Shown here in pieces: positions 57,240 through 64,000 of a stretch of DNA of 64,000 nt. The position numbers were made by a program, and so were the translations under genes. Position 1 is the stretch's first letter. Every line of letters begins with the position of its first letter. The notes below the pieces were generated by a model. It did no database searches, had not been told where the DNA came from, and worked only from the letters and a program-made list of their open reading frames with translations. Origin of the DNA: Octopus bimaculoides. Taxonomy: Eukaryota. Where the stretch lies: positions 54,108,861-54,172,860 of the forward strand of contig NC_068993.1 in the NCBI RefSeq assembly GCF_001194135.2, given 5' to 3'.

Positions 57240-59900
57240 ACAAGAATCAGATTCTTAATTGCAAAAAATATAAGTGAACCTGATGTTAGTGGTGCAGTGA
57301 GATTTCAGATGCTACCATTTCCTGTTTTTCACTGTTATTTATGTGGATTTTGCTGAGATCTGTGTTCAATTAATTGTCCTTATAGCTAGATATTCCATTT
57401 CTAGAATATACAAATACTCTCATATTTTATGTTACACAATCATCTTTAATATTTCTGTAATATATTGCTTGCAATGAAGATTTATAATCTAATATTTGAA
57501 AATGATAATGAATACAACCATTAAAAAGCTCCTGTATTTTCTATACATACTAAAGTCTGTTGTATGTGATTACTTGTGTATTTAATTGTTGTAGATGAGT
57601 TAAATTTAACACTGGTGGTTTCCCCAAATTCTTGTATATTTTAAATTTTGTCTTTTCTACATTTTTCCTTCTGATATTTCACCGAAGATTGAACTGTTTT
57701 TTTTTTGTTTTTTTTTTTTCTTTCTTAACTTGATTTACATGATAAAGAATCTCTTGTCTTCAATAGGCAAATAATGTAAAGTCATTAAAGCTCACCTTTT
57801 TTCTATTATTGAGGTTTTGGAGTAGGTGGGGAAAAGGGAATGATTATATAGTAGGTAGCTTGTGTTAAAAGCTGTTCTGAATATTGTTCTTGAATAAATA
57901 TTTATATATACATATGAATAAGCATTGTAATCTACTCTGTGGTTCTGAATTTTAAATCCTTTCTTTTAGCCCTAGAGAGCTTTGAAACTCTCTTTCATGG
58001 ATAATCCTTGGGAATCCTGATTGGTAAAGACCATACTTTGTATAATACTTTTGTGTTGTCTTATAAATTTTTAGGGCGAGCTTTTAAATTGTGCAAGCTG
58101 GCCTAGAAAAGGTTTTCTATTGTATGTAGCTACAAGAAAACAAACTACTATGATAGACCTTTTCACTCTTTGGTTACTGCATGTGCTGGCAAACTTCGTA
58201 TGGCAAATATCCATTTTACGTTGAACAGAAAATAAAGTGCATTCTCTTATAATTGTTATTATTGTAAAAAGTTTTGTATATTTGTAAAACAAAAACATCC
58301 CAACAAATTATGAACTTCTATATTGGCTCTCTCTTCTCCCCGATTTTTTTTTTTAAGGTTATAGTCCTAAATTATATTATTGACACTTGTATTTCCTTTT
58401 TTTTTCTTCTTCTTTCATGCATACTAAATTGTTACGTAGTTTATATTGCTCTATGAAGTTTGTGAAAGGATGATTAGAAATTAATTTTTAAATCTACATT
58501 GAATTGTTTTCAATTCAATTAGACTCTAGTTTGATGTTCTTTATTTTCTGTTCTTTATCTTCAATCAGTGTTCTTTGTTTTCTCATAGAGGAAAGTGCAC
58601 TCCCTGTTCCTTGCTTGTACTGCGTCCCATATTTACATCAGTGCCTTGCTGACATTGTAACAGTTGGATACATTGCACAAATTTGGCCTTCTTGAACTTC
58701 CATTGGCAAAGGGCTTTATTAATACATATTCTTCTTTCTGATTAATAAGGGGAAGTGCAATTGAGAGCCACTAATCCTTACCTCCCCCCTCTCTCCACTC
58801 CTACTTATCAAATAACATCTCACCAATTCTTCACTCTAATATAAATTGACCCAACACCATTTAAACTGCTGCCACAAACACATTATCTTTTATGCAAACT
58901 TCTCATATGCCAAAGAAACCGAAGAATTGCAGATTCTGCATTTAGTTATATATGTGAAGGTTTACTCTGTTATTATTACTTTGTTGGAACCATTATGTTG
59001 TTCTTATCATACTGGAGCATCATAACAACAGCACCAAAATAAAAAGATGCTTAATTTGTACTACTAGTCCATACTTCCATCTTAAGTTTCTTGTATTCTT
59101 GTTTATCAATGATGTTGGACATCTGACCAACATGTTTTAGTCCTGAGGGAGAAGGTCAGTTGTGAGGCAGTTTTTGCTTTGTTAAGGACATGCATTTGCC
59201 AGGAGAGATCCTCGCTAATGTTGCTGTTGTTTTAGCCCTGTGTTGGCCATGAATAAGCAAGACTGTCGTCAAAAGTGCTTTCATTTTGTGCAGCCTAACA
59301 GTGATTCAGAGGCTGATTATTGTGCATCTGGAAGCCAAGTATATCTTAGTCCACCTGGCTTTGCTCAAATGCTGCACTACAAACATATACTTCATTAAAC
59401 TGACAGACATGAAAACGAAACTAAAAAAACAAATAACTGCAGTTTAGTTATCACATAATACTTAGTAAATTAACCTCATTTTTGTATTTGGCCAAAATGC
59501 TTTGCTTACTCAGTCTGTATAGCATCAAATAAATTAACAGTTCTTTGAGGGTGATTGGTGTTGAAAATAGCATGCAATGATAAAATTATGTTCCAAGAAC
59601 ACATCAATATATCCACCTTTGCAAAATTTCTAAACTATGTGAGCATGTGGAAATGAGCAACCTAATTTAAATATCTATTAAAATTATTTAGTTAGAATTT
59701 AGTGCTTACTCAAATTCATTTCAATTGAATGTTACAAAGTTGTAAGAAATAGTAGATGCACTTTACTATTTACTTTCTGCTATTTACTTTCATCTCTATT
59801 CAGTTTAAATCTACTAATACCAGTTTTACTTTTCTTTCACTAGGATTGATAACATATCAATAATATCCTGGCTACAATCCAATCAACTACACCCACCCAC
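57240..59900 (+). other. Probable PDS5 3' UTR (end uncertain)
   Basis: AT-rich, no exon-like ORFs, no young SINE copies; AATAAA at 57893, 58231 and about 59038. Confidence 0.45.
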
Positions 59901-61944
59901 TCCTAAACAGAAATCAACGTTCAATTAAAGTTTATTTGTCATCGTATGACAGACTCGAGTAACCAGACTGCACAAATCAGGAAATCTAGTTGTGTGGAAA
60001 CTCCGTGGTCCATTGTTATACAACACTTGATATGGTGGTTATTTAATTCGATGAGAAATGTTGCATACATATTCTGCTTTAAACAATCAACACAAGCATT
60101 ATAGCCAAATAAGATACAAATATTCTCAGATAAACCATCCATATTGATACGAAATACCTCCACCTGTTTTTGTCTAATTATAATAACTTGAAAGATGTCC
60201 TTCCTCATTTTTGGAAGTTCGTTCATAAAAACAAAGTGCCCACATAGTCATAGAATCTCGAACTCTGATTTATAAATATATATAAATACACACATGCGCA
60301 TAAAACATATATAAGGCGTTTAACTATTTTAAAACCATCTAAATTGGACATATTGCGTGTATCATAATAATAATTTCATCAAGACAACTCTAGCTCTCCA
60401 TATTGTCATGCGTGTAATAGTTTGCCCAGTATTAGAGAGCAAACCTGTCATTGTTATGTCTCTTACTCGTCATCATTTTNNNNNNNNNNTTTTTTTTTTT
60501 TTTGTTTTCAACTTTGCTTTTAATAGTCAAAGCTACATCAAGTTTGTGAATTTTTATTTGCTTATATTTATCATCAGCTTTGTCCTTTTGGATGTTTCTT
60601 TGTTTTTGTTTATTATTATTATTATTATTATATATACCAAACACATTATTACAAAACTAAAATAATCTGGAACTGGTTTCTTTAGTCAGTATTTTCCTTG
60701 TAACAACAGTTCTATTTTACTCCATGTCATTGTAATGATTCTGACCATATATGAATATCTTTTCAGTTACTATAAATGAAAGTCTATTTTTGTCATGAAA
60801 TACCTTTTTTCTTTTTTTCTTCTCTAACTTAATGTGTTATTCTGTTTCCTTGTTTTATATCCAGAAATTGTTCATTTGCACCTTGTTAACTTTTTAATTT
60901 CATAACACAAGTTATTTCAGAATTAGTGTTTATGAGATAGAATCTCGGTGTATATGTACATATGTATGTACGTGTCTGTATATATGTAAATATATCTGTG
61001 TGTGTGTGTGTATCATGCCCTAAACAGTTGAGATTTATATTTGAAATGTGTAGTGATGTACATCTAATAATTAAGCAAAACAAATTTTGGCTTATCTCCA
61101 TAATGTGTGATACACATAGACAAATGGTAAATAAATGGGGTTTTTTTTTATCTTATATCTTTATAATTAAAGGGTTGGTCTGACTACATGAAAAACCAAA
61201 CACCTGTTCAACTGGCCATTTGGGAGGGAGAGTTTGTACACAATTTATAGTCATATTACAACTTCATTAAATAAGTTAATCTCATTTGCATAATAGTGAT
61301 TTTATTGGCAACATAGTTAATTGTTACTGTATATGTGCAGGTTTAGTGTGTGATTGGTCTCTGGAAACTCTCATTAGTCAAAAACCCTGTCACACCCCTT
61401 TCCTTTTTAGCTTTCTGACCACAGAAAGATAACAAGGAACACATTTGTTTATATTTGATTGTGCGTGTTGGATTGTACACAAGGGGGATGGTTAAAATTT
61501 GTACAGTTTATCATTAAATATACCTTACTATACATTTTCGATGAGTGTATATAATCATAATTTCTCTGGTGTAGATTTCCTGTTAAATGAAAAAAACGTT
61601 TTGCATATTTTTATTTAGTTGACACAGTTACTTTTTATGCAAAATCGAGGGTTGGATTTTTCTTCAAATTTAGGTATTTTGTGTGAATTGTAGTAAAATC
61701 ATATTGCTTACTATACCCATAAAACTGCAGCATTTACTATTGAACATAAAACTATTCTGTTCTGTATAAGATTTATGCTCTTGAGAACACATTGTTAAAT
61801 GTCTAGCAGAAGATTATAAATGATATATTTTCCATTTGGTTCTTTATAATTTTTATTGTCTGAATGTATGCACAAATATAAAAAAAAAATTATGGCTGAA
61901 TTTCATAGATTTTAAAATATTTCAAGAAATGTAGTTAGTTGTTG

Positions 61945-61975
<31 letters not shown>

Positions 61976-62764
61976 CTGTAGAGTTGATCTTGAAAAGGTC
62001 AAATATTGCTTAAAAGTGTATAATTTCTAAGTTAATATTTGCATGGATGGTAAATATATATTTTTCTGTAACTTATCGTTGATCAGTTTTTATTTACTAA
62101 AGCTTGGTTATGTTGCATGTAGTTTTAAGATTTTCTCATTAGAAAGCATGAAATTATGTATGTTCATGATCATCAATTATTTTATTGTTGATTTGTATGT
62201 GCAGTGATTATCTTAACAAACCGCAGTTGCAGGACATGTTTCTTTTCACCTATAATGTCAATATAGTTTAACCATTTGGCAAGTAAATGTTTTATCATTT
62301 TATTTAAACCGAGAAAGAAAGGCGGTGCCCTTTCCTTACTAGTGAGTTCAGTGTGGTTTGTGCACAAGAGAGACAGGACATGAGGTGCAAATAGAGAGGA
62401 AATGTTGGGTGGGGTAGGAGGTGGTGTGAGGTAAATTGTAAGAGTGTAGTTTGCTATTCCTCCAAAGATTTAATGCTGTGTGATAACCCTGCCTGGTCAG
62501 TTGTCAAAGGAAAATAAATATTTAAAATAGTAATGCTGTCTGTCCTTTCCTAAATCCTCTCTTGCTTAATGGGTTAGTAATCCATTGTCTTTTTTTGGGG
62601 ATTTGTTTTGGCCAACACATAAACACTGTCTTTCTGATGTGGACTGATCTATTTTGGTTTTTAAAATACTCTCGCTCTCTCTTTTTTTTTTTTTTTAATC
62701 TTTCTACAGCATCAGAATTCACTATCTGCCATAATTATGTTTACAAATAATTTAATATTTAATA

Positions 62765-62950
62765 CCTGTAAAAAGCACCCAGTACTCTCTGTAGAATGGT
62801 TGGCATTAGAAAGGACATCCAGCTGTAGAAACCTTGCCAGAACAGACAATTGAAATCTGATGTAGCCCCTGGCCTTAACATCTCCTGCCAATCTATCCAA
62901 CCCATGCCAGCATGGAAAACAGATGTTAAATGATGATGGTGATGATTATG
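62765..62950 (+). mobile_element. SINE family A
   Basis: Same consensus with tail. Confidence 0.8.
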
Positions 62951-63113
62951 TTCCATCAGGATGTTTGAAAATGATTTCACCAGTGCTAAGAATTTTCCTA
63001 ATTTTTAAATCATAATGCCTTGCACAGGATCTAAACCAGTATTTGAATTACAAAATTACTGTTTCGTTTCTCAGATTTTTAATTTTGTCTTTTATTGTTC
63101 TGGCAATGTGTAG

Positions 63114-63315
63114 TGGGGTGAGCTGGCAGAATTGTTAGCATGCTGGGTGAAATGATTGGTGATATCTTGTCCATCTTTATGTTCTGATTTCAAATTTTGC
63201 CTTTCATCCTTTTGGGGTTAATAGTATAAGTACTTGTTAAACACTGGGGTCGGTGTAATTGACTTATCCCCCTCCCACGCACTTGCTGGCCTTGTGCCAA
63301 AATTAGAAACCAGTG
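63114..63315 (+). mobile_element. SINE family B
   Basis: Same consensus. Confidence 0.8.
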
Positions 63316-63629
63316 TGTTCTTCCTTCCTCGTCTTTTGATGAATTTAGTATTGTGAGTAAAATTGTCGTATTTATTACTAATCTGACACAATCAGATGTT
63401 AGTATCCAAGCAAATATAATTACACTGCATGCTGAAGGTTCCTTTGTAACAATTTTAAAATCATAGTAGTTGCATCATTAACTTTTTAGCTCTTTTTAGT
63501 ATCAACTTGTCAAGGACCAAAGTATTAATATGAATAAACTTCTCTAAGCATGAACGATATCTTGAGATATTTCACTTAATAGAGATCAGCCTTAATAAAC
63601 ATGTGTATTTTACAAAACACTCTTAAAAT

Positions 63630-63854
63630 CTTGAGTATAATGAAACTGGCCATATCCAGCCTGAATATTGTACCTGTTTTATGTTGAAACCAGCCACATT
63701 CAGCCTTTCACACCTACCCTACAATGTCATTCTAAAGATAAACAGTTACATCATGGAAATCTCTTAAGTTTCAAGGTGAAGCCTGATCAATTCAAAGCAG
63801 TGTGAATAAATAAGCATTACCTTTGGCAGAGTAATATGAACGCTAAAGGGTTAA
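63630..63854. mobile_element. MITE family 1
   Basis: ...gagtaatatgaacgctaaaggg-TTAA. Confidence 0.7.
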
Positions 63855-64000
63855 GTGAGGTACATGTTACAATGAATTTGCATTCCAATATAGATCATGA
63901 TGGCACAAGAGTTATTCCTTTACAATCGTACAGTCTTAGAAAGGCTTTCATTTCTTCTTCAGTTGAAGCACATTTTCTATTGAAGTGATCTTCCAAATAT

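Noticed and set aside
2566-63315. tRNA-like A/B boxes as true tRNA genes
   Set aside because: They are multi-copy, degenerate and attached to SINE bodies; no intact cloverleaf is seen.

Overview
AT-rich, repeat-dense animal genomic DNA. The SINE and MITE families look like those of Octopus; this is inferred from familiarity, not from a search. The scaffold has six N-gaps of 220-400 nt and several short ones. There are two + strand genes. (1) The last two recognisable coding exons of TAF7 (TFIID subunit 7) lie at 1254-1464 and 3366-3595. (2) An essentially complete PDS5 cohesin-regulator gene has coding exons from 31206 to about 57239 (about 32 exons, about 1400 aa). One PDS5 exon runs into a gap and one is hidden in a gap. 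Its probable promoter and non-coding first exon lie about 22 kb upstream (8.1-12.9 kb). Introns carry at least four SINE families, TTAA-flanked piggyBac-type MITEs, a near-full-length dead DD34D mariner, and RTE and CR1-like LINE fragments. I found no convincing wholly new system. The best leads are: a 461-bp tandem duplication with a possible antisense exon in the promoter region; a ~135-bp long inverted repeat in intron 1; a splice-or-stop switch that could give two PDS5 C-termini; a frame-preserving 33-nt exon; and a TAF7 that seems to lack its C-terminal coiled coil. Repeat boundaries are approximate. Exon boundaries were read by hand and checked for GT/AG and phase continuity.
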